DNA of 63,659 nucleotides, the filler included, from Octopus bimaculoides (taxonomy: Eukaryota): the NCBI RefSeq assembly GCF_001194135.2. It is 4 parts of 4 records of this genome, joined end to end, with 100 filler letters (N's around TTAATTAATTAA, not from the genome) between each part and the next. Parts side by side here need not be neighbours in the genome. Positions count along the whole stretch, not along the records: positions 30,803 to 53,165 come from NC_068981.1; 3 more parts are not named here. One strand, written 5' to 3'. Within the stretch, counting starts at the first letter, position 1. Every line of letters starts with the position of its first letter. This document shows, one piece after another, positions 33,543-46,752 of this stretch. Position numbers and translations under genes: made by a program. The notes under the pieces are model-generated. The model worked only from the letters and a program-made list of their open reading frames with translations. It searched no databases and was not told the DNA's origin.

Positions 33543-36500
33543 TACGCAGTATAAAAGGAAAAAAACGACCATTACATAAATGGGTCAATGTTGAAAAAAA
33601 ATACTCGATGTAACGAACTGTTGTTAAAAGACTATTCAGCAGTATAAATCCCATGTAATGAGTTATTTTTTTTTAACGAATCTTTACGTTAATAATATAA
33701 AGTGGAGAGAATGTTGATTCTTAATTAGATCCACATTATCTGTGCACTGCGGGGGAGCTTGTTTGCTGATGCAGCTTTCTTTCCTTTTTTTTTTTATATA
33801 AACTTACACTATACTAATGGCTTTTAATTTGGGCTGTAGAGTACTAGACTTTCGATTTTTGCAGTTAATATGAAGGAATAGATGGCTAAGTAAATAGAGC
33901 AAATTACTAAATAACTCCTCGCGTGATATAAATTCGCAGTTCAAATCACACATACTCTCGCTTTTCTTTGTCTTGATAAAACTCTTTTAAAGGCAATTTA
34001 TCATTACGATTTTTATGTAAATGATGTTTAGTTGGTTTTGTAGATAACTTTTACAAATTCTTCAAACCTATATCGTTTCCATCTCATTTATGCTATTGTT
34101 CACTCGGTAGAAGTGTTCAAATATGCTGATAAATTTTAGAATTGGGTATTAATCATGCAATATCCAAGTGCATTTGCAATTGCAAAGTGAAGTGCGCTTT
34201 CTTTAGCAATCATATAACCCTTAGTTTTAACGATCACCACCTTATTTTCTACGCACGCATCTAGTGCAGAGGAATGCATACAACTTTCATTCAGCTATAT
34301 GCGAATCGCTTTATATGTGTAATAAATAAAGCAACTTTATAATTGTACATAGCATGGACAGAAGAGTAACAGTTCATAAAGCTGTCAATGAATTAAGACT
34401 TAAATGCTATCAATTTAAAAATCAAAATTAGTCATCACCGTTCGAAGTAACTGTTGATGATATATTTCTGAAAAATACATTCCATAGCATTCAGAAAATG
34501 GATAATGTCCAATACTTTTTTTCTTGTTTTAGATCAGAATACCAAATTGTTTGGTAATGCAATTCTTCATTGTAAATGAGATAAGAGGAATAGATTGGGA
34601 AAAAAATGCGAGAAGTGATACTGAAGAAACTTGAGAATACAAGGGAAAAAATGGGGAAGTTGGTGGGAAAAAATGTAACCAAAGTGAGGAAAGAAAATGA
34701 AGGTTAGTGAAAGGTTTGCAAGTGGGGGAGAGATGGTGAAAAGGGAAATATATTCGGAAAAACAAACTGGAGAACGTATATATTATTAAGCAAGAGTATT
34801 TATGAACGTTTTTTGTTAAATTCTTTACGTAAATAATAAAAAAAGAATGCAGCTACCATTAAAGAGTAGATGAATACTGAAGTAAAGCGTTAAGACACAA
34901 GATGGAAAGGAAAGATGTCAATAAATGATTATAGTAGAAATGTAAAGAGAAAACCGATACAAATCAAAAATGAAAGAAATTTAAATTACGAAGCGGGGAG
35001 AATGTCAAATCAAAAGGCAAAGGTGTAGATATAAGGCGCAGGAATGAGACAACAGAAAGTAGAAGATACAACGTAGCGAGAATGGTAAAAGCTATATGAT
35101 AAGAAGGCGTGGAAGGATGAAACAAGATGAAAAAAAATTCTAGCAGCGTTTGAAAGAATGTTGCTAACAACAACATTTATCTATGCGGTGCTGTATAATT
35201 TAACCACACGACTCCAACTCTTTTGAACTTTATTCATGCTAATCATTGTCTAAATAAACAATTTATATTTTCTTCTTTATTGTTGACATTTGCATGTGAT
35301 CTTTATTCTTCTTAAGTATCATTCAATTGAAAGGAAAAACATGATGGTCATGATCCGAAACATATTAATGCGGATACATGTCTGATACTATATACTCTTT
35401 ATTATAACGTTTCGTAGACAGCAAGAAATACACGATAAGGTACTTCATATAAGTGCTGTCATGCCTTGCTGATTCTATTATGTCTTTTAGTATATACATT
35501 TCATAAGATTAACTCAGCACATTATTTGAAAAGAAATATATACACAGTATTTGCTTTTGTTTTAATTCTTACTTCAGTTGAGTAAACACAAGACACAATA
35601 TGGACAGTATTAAGGGTATAGGTATCGAGTGCTCAGTTAATACATTATTATCTGCCTCCACATAATAGCAGCTCACGAGAGTCAGTCACCAAAGATACTT
35701 CTGGCTGTGTAGTATTATTTAAACCACAATTTCCATAGACAGATGATTTGGGGTGCAATTTAACATTTCTATTTTCCGAATGCTCATATATTTCATAAGG
35801 TTATTTGAAAACAGAACTGGTTATTTCTCACCGCTTTGAAATGTCAAAGTCATAGATTGAATAAAATTGATTGCCTAAAAACAACTGTTCAACTCAAAAG
35901 GGAATAAGCTTTACGTTATACCAAACATATGCAAACATAGAAGTATATATATACGCCTATATGCAGAAATACAGCATTGACTACAGATTCTATTTTTCAG
36001 ATAACAGAAGAATCCTCTAGGAACAATAAGTGAAAATAGCTGTTATATGAAACAAGGGATGTTTCTCAGTAGTAAAGGGATACTCCGTTAAGTAAAATTA
36101 AACGTAAATTATCTAGATGTAATTCCCAATTTAAAGTAACCGGAAGACACAAAGAGGATTTATCAAGCCAAATGATTCATGTTCGTGAATGCATCGTTAA
36201 AGATGAAATTCAATATAAATTTTTAGGCGACTACTCCAGATTTATTAATAAATTCACCTGTTTAATGGCATTGCACGTGATGTATAACAAAGGATCTTCT
36301 TACAAGATACTACTATCAAAATGTTTGGATAATATATTAATTAAGGATACCGATAGATTTAACTGAAGATTTATCTCTATCACTGTCCTCTATATGTTCG
36401 ATTTGCAAACGAGTGAGAATTTAGATATAATTCATTTTTACGAATGCAAGTATTTATTTCGAGGGAGATACGCAACATTGGGTGTTTGCACTTTAATAAC

Positions 36501-37472
36501 TGAATGACTTTCTCCACAACTGTATATAATTTATCATCGGATACAACGCATCAGTCACATGTATTATGTTCGAGGTAGTACTAAATGTCTCAAAAGTAAC
36601 TATGATAGAAACTATGTCCTATATGTTAGACAACGCAATTTTTTTTTAAGTAGGTGAACTTATTAATAATTTCGCAGTAATTGACTACAAAATTGTTTTG
36701 GCTTTTATCATGAATAACACGTACTTAATCTTGTCAAGACGAGTCACTTGACTTAATAAATCCTCTTTGTGAATCCCAATCATTTTTAATCGAATGAACT
36801 CGACATACTTTATGAGATTTCGTAATAACAGTTTTAAAATTTGGCGACAGTTTAGAGAAGATGCTGAGCAGATCGATTGTTACCAACGCTACAGAGATTA
36901 CTTTCAAGCCTCATTTAAGATTATCGAAATCATTAAGAGACTGTTCAGGTAGAGAACATGAAGACTGATGTCCCTGCAGCAGCAATGAAACAGATTTAAC
37001 TGTAAATACGCTCTTATAAACGTTAATATTAAGCGTACAATATTACTTGGCTAGAGTATACACATTTTTTGAAGTGATCAACATAAGCTTAAATTATGCA
37101 TATCTGAATCAGAGAAGAAATCTTGGAGGTGCTTGTGCCAATGGCACACATATAGGAAGTATATATAAAAGCGATAATTAACAAATACAAGCCCAACTAG
37201 GATATCAATATATCAACAAAATATCCGTTTTCCTGAATCGTGAAACAAGCAAAACGTCGGGATTCGTATCTACTACAGCTATGTTGTTGAAATCTACTTG
37301 CAAATAAGTCACCGACTTGAGGTTTCTACACAAGAGCAACGCCCTTTTTACATGTGTGACATGTTCCAGATATTAAATATTCCTACATAGTCACTTTCAT
37401 TATTGCTAAAGAACTTCGTATTGGTAGGCAATTTCCATGAAACGAGCCAGATCGGCAGCTTTATATATATAT

Positions 37473-37573
37473 ATATAAAAGCAAGACAAATGCGAAATGA
37501 TGAGGTAACTTACGAGCTAAGTTGTTACATGGCCATGTTACCTCATCATTTCGCATTTGTCTTGCTTTTATAT
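37473..37573. repeat. Perfect 37-bp inverted repeat with 27-nt spacer
   Basis: atataaaagcaagacaaatgcgaaatgatgaggtaac (37473-37509) / gttacctcatcatttcgcatttgtcttgcttttatat (37537-37573). Confidence 0.9.
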
Positions 37574-38139
37574 GTTGATTCCCTGAAGATGAATATATGT
37601 GTTAATTCCAGCAGCTCTTACTTCTTTGGAGGAGAGGTCACATATATTTTGAAACATGTGTAGGAATTAAAGGAACTTTTATTTATATGCGTTTTGCTCC
37701 ATTTATTGTTATTATTCCTATCTTCTCAAAATGCATCACTTCAACTTGGTATCTCTACCTATAAAACGGCTGTGATATCTTGGTTTTTTGTGTAATTTTT
37801 TGCTACCTATGGTAACTATTACCATATTTACATTGTCAAAGGTATTTTTTAAACTGAGATAATATGAATAAACTAATATATATANNNNNNNNNNNNNNNN
37901 NNNNNNNNNNNNNNNNNNNNNNNNNNNATATATATATATATATATAGGGAGAGAATTCACGAAAAAAAAAAAATTGTGAATTCCTATGTGTTGTGTGCGA
38001 TCAACGATTTTGGAACGATTCCTGTGTGGGCTAGAATTTATGGTGTTGGGTAAAGACTTGTCTTGGGTTGGAGGGTGCCTGGATTTTTTGCTAAGGTTGT
38101 AGCGTTCTCTGTAAGGAGAGTGTGTGTGAGTGGTGGTAT

Positions 38140-38510
38140 GTGTTCATTCTTCCGGGTTCATTCCCACTGCATGGCATCTTGGGCAAGTGTCTTCTGCTAT
38201 AGCCTCGGACCAAACCAAAGCCTTGTGAGTGCATTTGGTAGACGGAAACTGAAAGAAGCCTGTCGTATATATGTATATATATGTATATGTGTGTATATGT
38301 TTGTATGTCTGTGTTTGTCCCCCCCCCAACATCGCTTGACAACCAATGGTGGTGTGTTTATGTCCCCGTAACTTAGTGGTTCGGCAAAAGAGACCGATAG
38401 AATAAGTACTAGGCTTACAAAAAATAAGTCCTGGGGTCGATTTGCTCGACTAAAGGCGGTACTCCAGTATGGCTGAAGTCAAATGACTGAAACAAGTAAA
38501 AGAGTAAATA
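38140..38510 (+). mobile_element. SINE family B, near full length (reference copy)
   Basis: ccgggttcattcccactgcatggcatcttgggcaagtgtcttctgctatagcctcgg...(TA)n...agtcaaatgactgaaacaagtaaaagagt; the ttgggcaagt block resembles the start of the CORE domain. Confidence 0.9.
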
Positions 38511-38559
38511 AATGATTTGAGGTGGAATAAAAGTATAAAATTATTCTGTGTCATTATAG

Positions 38560-39080
38560 AAAGTCAAACCGGTTTCGCCATAGCTGGTTACTCACTTTGA
38601 ATCAATGTACAAATCATGAAGACTAGCTATAAAAGTAATGGCTTTTTTAGAAAGAACAAAATATATTCTCCCTCCGAGAACTCAAGTTCGCCCATACATT
38701 GTTACAGATGTCTTTGTATGTACCCTGTAGCTCTAGTAATAACAGGTATGAAGCAAAAAATCTATCCTGTGTGCTGAATTTGCAAACTCATTATGAATGG
38801 CACACGGGTGTCTCACCTTCGCTCGCGAGTCTCTAACCACATTAGTGTCCAGAGGGCAGTTGATTTCATCAACAGAGCATCTTTTTTCTGTCTCCACACA
38901 ACCACATCTGGCCGGTTGTGTTTTAACTTGGTGTGTTATTTAATTTTTAAGTTCCAACAATATTCTTCAGATAGATCGGTCTCAATAATATCAACTTCGT
39001 CAGTAATTGATGTGGCTTTTGCTATATCGATTCGGACCGTTCTAGCAAAGGCATCATGTCCCATGGGAAGATAATGTCTG
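38560..39080 (-). mobile_element. Second R4/Dong-like RLE LINE fragment (decayed)
   Basis: HYLPMGHDAFAR...EEYCWNLKIK*HTKLKHNRPDVVVW then, after a frameshift, DEINCPLDTNV. Confidence 0.75.
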
Positions 39081-39104
39081 AAAGACAAGATAATTACGAC
39101 GGAC

Positions 39105-39250
39105 TTATTCCAGTTTCAATCTATCAAATCCATTCACAAGGCTTTGGTCACTCCAAGGCTATAGAAGACAATGTGTCACGCGATGGGACTGAACCCGGCG
39201 CGATGTAGTTGGACGACAAGCTTCTTACCACACAGCACCACCTGAGCCTA
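39105..39250 (-). mobile_element. SINE family B 5' half
   Basis: aaatccattcacaaggctttggtc...gggactgaacccgg...cttaccacacagc. Confidence 0.75.
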
Positions 39251-40314
39251 CATATGTATGCATCTATCTATGTGTGTAGGCATATATGTATGCATGTATA
39301 TATTTGTGTATATATATACATATAAAGATTGAGAGACAGACAAACAAACAGATAGATAGATAGATACATATATATACATACATACATACATACAAACATA
39401 CATATTTTGTATTTATGCATACAAACGTACACTTGTATGAGACTTTATATGCAGAACTATCTACCGTCTTTAATACTTTCACAGGCCTGGAGCGGAGAGA
39501 TCTTTACACACAATGCCACTGCATCAATACTTACCATTAAGACATTAGACTCGTACAAGTACGGGGACATCGTACACTGTGTCTACTATTTAAATCAGCT
39601 CTTTATGTCCAAGCATATTGTCTATGCAATTGTATATGTATCTATAATACCATATGAATGACTTCATGTTTGCCTGTATGTGTTCTGTTTCTAAATAATA
39701 TATACAGCAACTGCTATAATTAAGACAACAAAGATAAAAGCATGTGAAGCTACATTAAGAGCTTCAGTGAAATGTTAAACATTGATGCAAAAAAAAATCA
39801 TTATAAACGTGTGTGTGTGTGTGTGTGTGTGTGTTCGTGCCCGTTTATATATATATGTTTAAGTATTTATATATGCGGACATGTTTTTGATTTTGGAAGA
39901 GTGTATATGTGGATGAATTTCTATTCCTAATTGTACGCTCACACACACACACACGCGCGCACGCACACACACACACACACACACACACATGCACACATGC
40001 ACACACACCCATACACACACACACACACACAAACACATATATATATATATATATATANNNNNNNNNNNNNNNNNNNNNNNNNNNNNNNNNNNNNNNNNNN
40101 NNNNNNNNNNNNNNNNNNNNNNNNNNNNNNNNNNNNNNNNNNNNNNNNNNNNNNNNNNNNNNNNNNNNNNNNNNNNNNNNNNNNNNNNNNNNNNNNNNNN
40201 NNNNNNNNNNNNNNNNNNNNNNNNNNNNNNNNNNNNNNNNNNNNNNNNNNNNNNNNNNNNNNNNNNNNNNNNNNNNNNNNNNNNNNNNNNNNNNNNNNNN
40301 NNNNNNNNNNNNNN

Positions 40315-40348
<34 letters not shown>

Positions 40349-40349
40349 C

Positions 40350-40412
<63 letters not shown>

Positions 40413-40493
40413 GTCAGTGAGTGAGTGAGTGAGTGAGTGAGTGAGTGAGTGAGAGAGTGAGACTGAGACTGAAAGAGAGAGAGAGAGAGAGAG

Positions 40494-40530
<37 letters not shown>
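40315..40530. repeat. Compound (GA)n/(GATA)n/(GACA)n/(GAGT)n microsatellite
   Basis: Direct inspection. Confidence 0.95.
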
Positions 40531-40531
<1 letters not shown>

Positions 40532-42031
40532 AGAGCGAGAGAGAAAGAAACAAGTCAGAAATGCTTAAGTCTGTATATCATTTCTTTCTCTAAATGTAGA
40601 CTTTACATGCACATGAATTTGTACACAATTATTTATTTATCATAAACACAATCATACATAAATAATATATAAATACTTTATACATGGCATCTGTCATTAT
40701 TATGTATATTTGACTACAATAGTTCAGGTTTGTATCTTATTTTTGTTTTGTTTTTTTTTGTTGTTTTTTTTGTTGTAATATTTGATCGTGGAATAACATG
40801 TGACGTTTTGACTTTGGCACTAACAAACATTTTATTTTCCAACGCAAGAGACAGATATGCAAGCATATGAATATAACTGCACGTAAATATCTTGTCACCT
40901 TCATAGCACATCACCAGCCTCATCGCACATTTCAAGCACATATAAACACAAGATCACACACAATATTTTTGATCATTCACCTCGGTACATTCTTTCAATT
41001 ATTGGCTGAAACTAAATTCGGTTGTCATTCACTCAATAATAGATACTTTAGTCACTCAGCAATATATATCTATATACATATATATATACATTTAGTTGTG
41101 TTTAGCTTTATAGACATTAATATGCAACACGATTCTGTCGATGATGATGGCGATGGAAGGCGACAGCAGCAACAACGTCTATACTGACTACAACGAAGAT
41201 GAGCCCCTCAGCAATGACTCTTTCATTCATGATAATTGTGATGATGACGGTTATCTTCAACGTCACGAAGCACAACAATAACAATAACAACAACAGCAAA
41301 CTTAAGGCGGGTATTTCGTCCGCCTCATTACGTTCTGTGTATTGCTGTTTTTATTTTTGGCTGTAGTTTTTGTTATCATCTTCGTCGTTGTATTATTTTT
41401 CTTATTGATGACGATGATTATGACGAATAGTGGTTGGCAATAAATGTTGTTGACCTTGTTAAGGGAGAATGCTATACAGGAATTAAATTAAAATAATAAA
41501 CAAACAGCAACAACTTAAATTTACAACATTACATATAAAAACTAACGACTTGTAAAACAAGTCTAATGAAAATAACGTCACCAACGAACAGCAGTAAGCG
41601 ATGCTGGCGTTCATATTCTTTGTTGTACGAAAATAACAAGAACAGCTGCAACATAACAGCAATTACTATCACAAAAAGAAATTCTGACAAAATATTTCGC
41701 CTTTTATTAAATTTGACTTGCATCACAATGGAGGTAAGAGTGATTTAGAAATACGTTAAAACATGAAAAATAAAAGAAAACAATCGTCATAACTAGAGCT
41801 AAAAATAAATGTTGCAATCCGCTGCTAGTTAATGGATCGTGGTATTTTTTGTTTGTTTCATTTTTTTTGTTCTTGTGATGGTATTTCTCATACATATTCG
41901 CAGAAAACAATATGTGTAGAAATATATAGACAACAATACAACTCACAGGAATGATTAGATAAATAAACATCAATGCATAAACACATTGTAAAAATCATAC
42001 ATTATATGTATATGCATACATACATACATCC

Positions 42032-42064
<33 letters not shown>

Positions 42065-43834
42065 TATGGATATATACGTATGTCTATATATATAAGCATG
42101 CATATATATATATATATACATATACTTAAATATATATATATACATATATATATATACATATACTTACATATATATATATATATATACACAACTCTATATA
42201 TGGGGAGACATAGATAGTTATACACATATTTATATATTCACATATTCAGATCTATCCCTGTATGTATTTTCATATACGGATATAACTATGCGTAAAGATG
42301 TACTTTCACATAAAACTAATGTAAAATATCAGACAATTTGGCACTTTTCAGCAACTAACAGAAAATAATTGCTCTAAAGTCATGAAGGAAAGTGAAAATC
42401 TATGCATTTGGATTGAACATTGTCGTAAATATTTATCATTACTTGCCACGCTGAAAAAAGTATTTATTTGCTACGTTATAATGCAGCTTAATATACTGTC
42501 GATGGGTAAATTTACAAGTAGTGTTCGTGAGGATTTAATATCATTAGTGATAAGAGATAATATTGATGAATGTTTCATTATCCAACAAATATTAGAGTTA
42601 GTAAAAAGAGATAGAAAAACGTACAATCAACGAACGGAGCACATTTTCTACTTCCACTTGCTCGAGTCCCATGATATGGTGAAACCTCTGAGTAACTACT
42701 TGAATATGCTATAAATGCCACTAAATCAATATGTGTGTCTATGTGTCTTTGGGTGTGAGCGTTTCGATACACCCACGAGAAATTTCATTAGCTAAACCAT
42801 GCGTTAGAGATAATTAATTATTATTCGCTGGAATACCAAGATACGCAAGAAACTCTGAGTAACTGCATGAATATTCTATAGCGTGGCCACAGTCAAACGA
42901 CTGAAATAAATAGCAGAATAAAGTAATTACAGGCTAGTAATTGAATACGTGTGTATGTGTGCTTGCGTTGGATGTCCGATGCACAAGCCAGAGAAATTGT
43001 GAATCAAAACATGCATCAAAGACTATTAATTTATTTGAAACATAACATAAAATGAATTAAGGAATATCGGATAGGTTCTCATTAGAGTCCATTCTGCTGA
43101 CAACACGTGAGAGTAGAATGAAAAACATTTTCCTTATCTTGGAAAGATTTGAATTTAGATTTTTAAATCACCGGAACTGTTATTTCATTTAAAAAAATCT
43201 ACTTGATTCTACATATTCCTATATTTAAAAGCAACATTGAGATTTCTTGAGGTTAGTCTAGAAGTTCCATTCCTAAATAATGATCACATGATTATAGACA
43301 TAGCTAAAAAGACGTATATATAAGCAAAATATTGTTGTATCTCCAAAAATATCAGACTTGATTCATTCAAAATAGTTTCGTCTTCTATTGACCACTCTCC
43401 AAATTTTTCATAGCCCTGGTACATGCATCTAGAACGCATTTTCTAAGGCAGTGTGCCGTACTGTAGCAAATTTTCTGCGCTGGAATCAAAGACATTTTAG
43501 AGTGCGTTTCAAATTTTGAAACTCAAATGAGAGCGTCCACAATGTCAACCTGGGATTGAATGGCGGCTGCAGTATAAATGTCGTCACTTCACTTGTAATA
43601 AAGTACAGATAAGGCGTAACATGCAGGCAAGTGTCTTGTTTTATCTGCTCGTATCCTTTGCATCTTACTTCACACTTTCTCTGACATGCTTTAAATCTTG
43701 CAAGCAAAATAATTTAACGGTCGCCTGATTTCTTGGAATAAATTTATGAGAAATAACATCCTTCAAATAAAAAAATAAATTATCACTTTCAGGTTTGAGC
43801 AACTCTGATGCTTTTTTCTTTACTCTCTCCGATC

Positions 43835-43837
<3 letters not shown>

Positions 43838-43912
<75 letters not shown>

Positions 43913-43950
43913 TTTCTCTCTCTCTCTCTGTCTCTATCTATCTCTATCTT
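43838..43950. repeat. (CT)n microsatellite
   Basis: Direct inspection. Confidence 0.95.
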
Positions 43951-46596
43951 TTTTTTTTTTCTTTTAGGCTTTTGAGAAATGAGACTTGCGATGTCTGCAA
44001 TTTTATTCTACAACGTCGTTGTACACTAACATTGTTTCCCATTGTATCCTTTTCCAGAAAGTCTTCATCAGCATTTGAACAAAATCTTATTAAATTTGAA
44101 TTGTAAATAACCCACATAGCACTACATATGACTCGAACAATCTTCTCCATCGGCTTACTGCAACAAAAATGTTTCTGCAAGTGTTTTACACAATTTCAAA
44201 CAGAAATTCATAAAAGGGTTTGCATTTCAAAATTGTTCATATTTGAATTTGCCATCCACTACCAAAAGCAATTGATATACGTTTGCTTGAGGTTGTTGCT
44301 TGACAGCTCACTGACACGGCCTGATTCGACTTTGAGATCGAATAGCAGCATCACTCATACACAGCACAAAAATAGAGAGCTCGCTACGCTGACTGCCAGG
44401 TTTGCGATTCAAAACTTAGTTTTAGCATAGACGTCGTTTGTACATATGTACATTTGGATATGCTTATATACTGGAGTGATTATATACAGATGCATGTACG
44501 ACAAATTATGCTACAACTCAAGTAGTTCTCAATGTATTCTGCTTGTAAAACTAATACATTTGAGTAGCTGTTGTAAATATGGGTGTTTAAGGAAACGTAG
44601 AATAGTGACGACGATCAGATAGAATTCTAAATCGTTCGGCTGGTACACTAACTTCCTATTGCATCTATAAATAGTAGCAATGGAAGAATAAATTCATACT
44701 TGAAAATAATTTAACTTTTGAAAGTTAATAATGCAGTTCTTCTCCTGGAACTCTAAAGTACTTTGTACTAATATATGTGAATCACTGTCTGAGTTTATGT
44801 GAGTATGAATGCAGAAACAATTTATATGATTATGTCGATGCGTTTCTTTATTTGATAATAGAAAAAGATATAATTCATATAAAACTATCAATATTTTGAC
44901 AGCTTTCAGATAAGGAAAACATAACAGTGGGACAATGTATGTCTTGAAATGGAACAGAATAAATCTATTTTGTAAATTTTAACTATTTATATCTATAATT
45001 CGCAAGGTTTTATAACTTTCTTCCTCATCTACCAATTTTTAATTAATTGTTTTTTCTTTATTTTTGAGTAAATGTCTATACATATGTACATATCACTTAT
45101 CGAATTGTTATGATGTGCGAATGTCAGTGAATAATTGTATGTGTACTTAAATGCAAAGATGCAATAAAGTATATATTCAGTAAGTATGCTTAGAATGATA
45201 GTTGTTTGTATTTAACAATGTAGGAAGCCATATAGCAAGCAACGAAACAATTTATAAGTGAGCTGAGAGACATAAATTATTAGATGTTCTATAATTTTCT
45301 TGCTCAGATTTTATATTATCTTCATTTACATCGCTCGTGTGTAATATTACTGCAAGTTTAATATAAGACATAACCATTCATCTATAAAGTGTAATTTAAA
45401 CTTAATCCTTTCTCAGCCGTAGATATTAAACAGGAACACTTATTTTTTTAAAAATCAATTTATCATTTGCTTATGTAGATTTAATTACGATCCCTGACGC
45501 TCAAGTTATCGATTTCATCCAGGTGAACAAAAACTGAAATTTATAGAAGAAAATTAGAACTGAGAAGCATTGCTGATTTTGTGAGAAAACATTACTGAAG
45601 CAGGAAAAGGATGTCATTATATATTCAAATAAAGACTAGTTGTCGTTACAGATAGCCGAAGAGATATATGTGCAATACAATATTTGCATTATATTCTTAT
45701 ACTAACATTAGCTTTATATTTCTCAGTTCAATGGACTGGTGTGCTTCATGCATTCGTTTCAGTAGAATTATGGTTTCAGGGAGTGTTCAACTGGCACGCG
45801 TGTTTGCCGCCCTACACCATATTTTAGTGGGGTTTATAGGAAAAAGAGTGATGGCATTAGATGTTAAGATATAACATTCTACGTAGCATCTAATTAAGAA
45901 ATATGAATGCAGGGTCAATAGATTCCAAGTACTCTCAAACGACACATTTTTGTACCATGTTACAATAAAACTTGCTATGTTTAGTCACTGATAAGAATTG
46001 ACCAGTTTTTGTGTCGGAGAGAATGATAATGTGTAGTTTCTCTGTTTACTGGTACATGAAGCGTTCACTCAAAGTTGGATAAACCTTCGTGTAATGAAGC
46101 ATGGAATGGAAAGTTATGCAATCTAATTTTTCGTTAGTCTTTAATTTATGATAAGATTTTAGTAAATTGTATTGCTGGTGCAGGAGAGGTAAGTAAATCA
46201 AGTATCGATTACGCTGAATTGTCACGTTGTGCATCCGAAAAGTTTGTCGTCATATCAAAAATATTTTGATTCTTGACTATAGAACTAAGTATTATCTGAT
46301 ATGATGTTCCTCGAGACATTATCGATTTAACTAACATAAAAAAATATTAGTAAGAATTTTCAAATAATAGCTTTTAATAATTTACAAGTACAGGTCAATT
46401 GAGAAGCAGACAGTCAAGTGGATTTCATATTATCACAAGAGTGTGTGATAAACTCGGGGTATTACTCATTTTTTTTGTACATAAATACATGTGTAGATGG
46501 AAAAATACGTGCCTGAAAATAAGCGCATTTTGTCTGTGCCTGATTATAATACACACATACACACTGTATATAAATATGTGTGTGCGTTTACATACG

Positions 46597-46659
<63 letters not shown>

Positions 46660-46699
46660 CTATCTATCTATTNNNNNNNNNNGTGTGTGTGTGTGTGTG

Positions 46700-46752
<53 letters not shown>

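Noticed and set aside
38706-38743. Apparent 38-nt exon with good AG/GT signals on plus
   Set aside because: Lies inside the antisense RLE LINE fragment (38560-39080); shows how easily splice signals arise by chance here
41100-41750. Protein-looking frames (e.g. MEGDSSNNVYTDYNEDEPLSND)
   Set aside because: Degenerate GAT/AAC triplet terrain, short frames, no splice support
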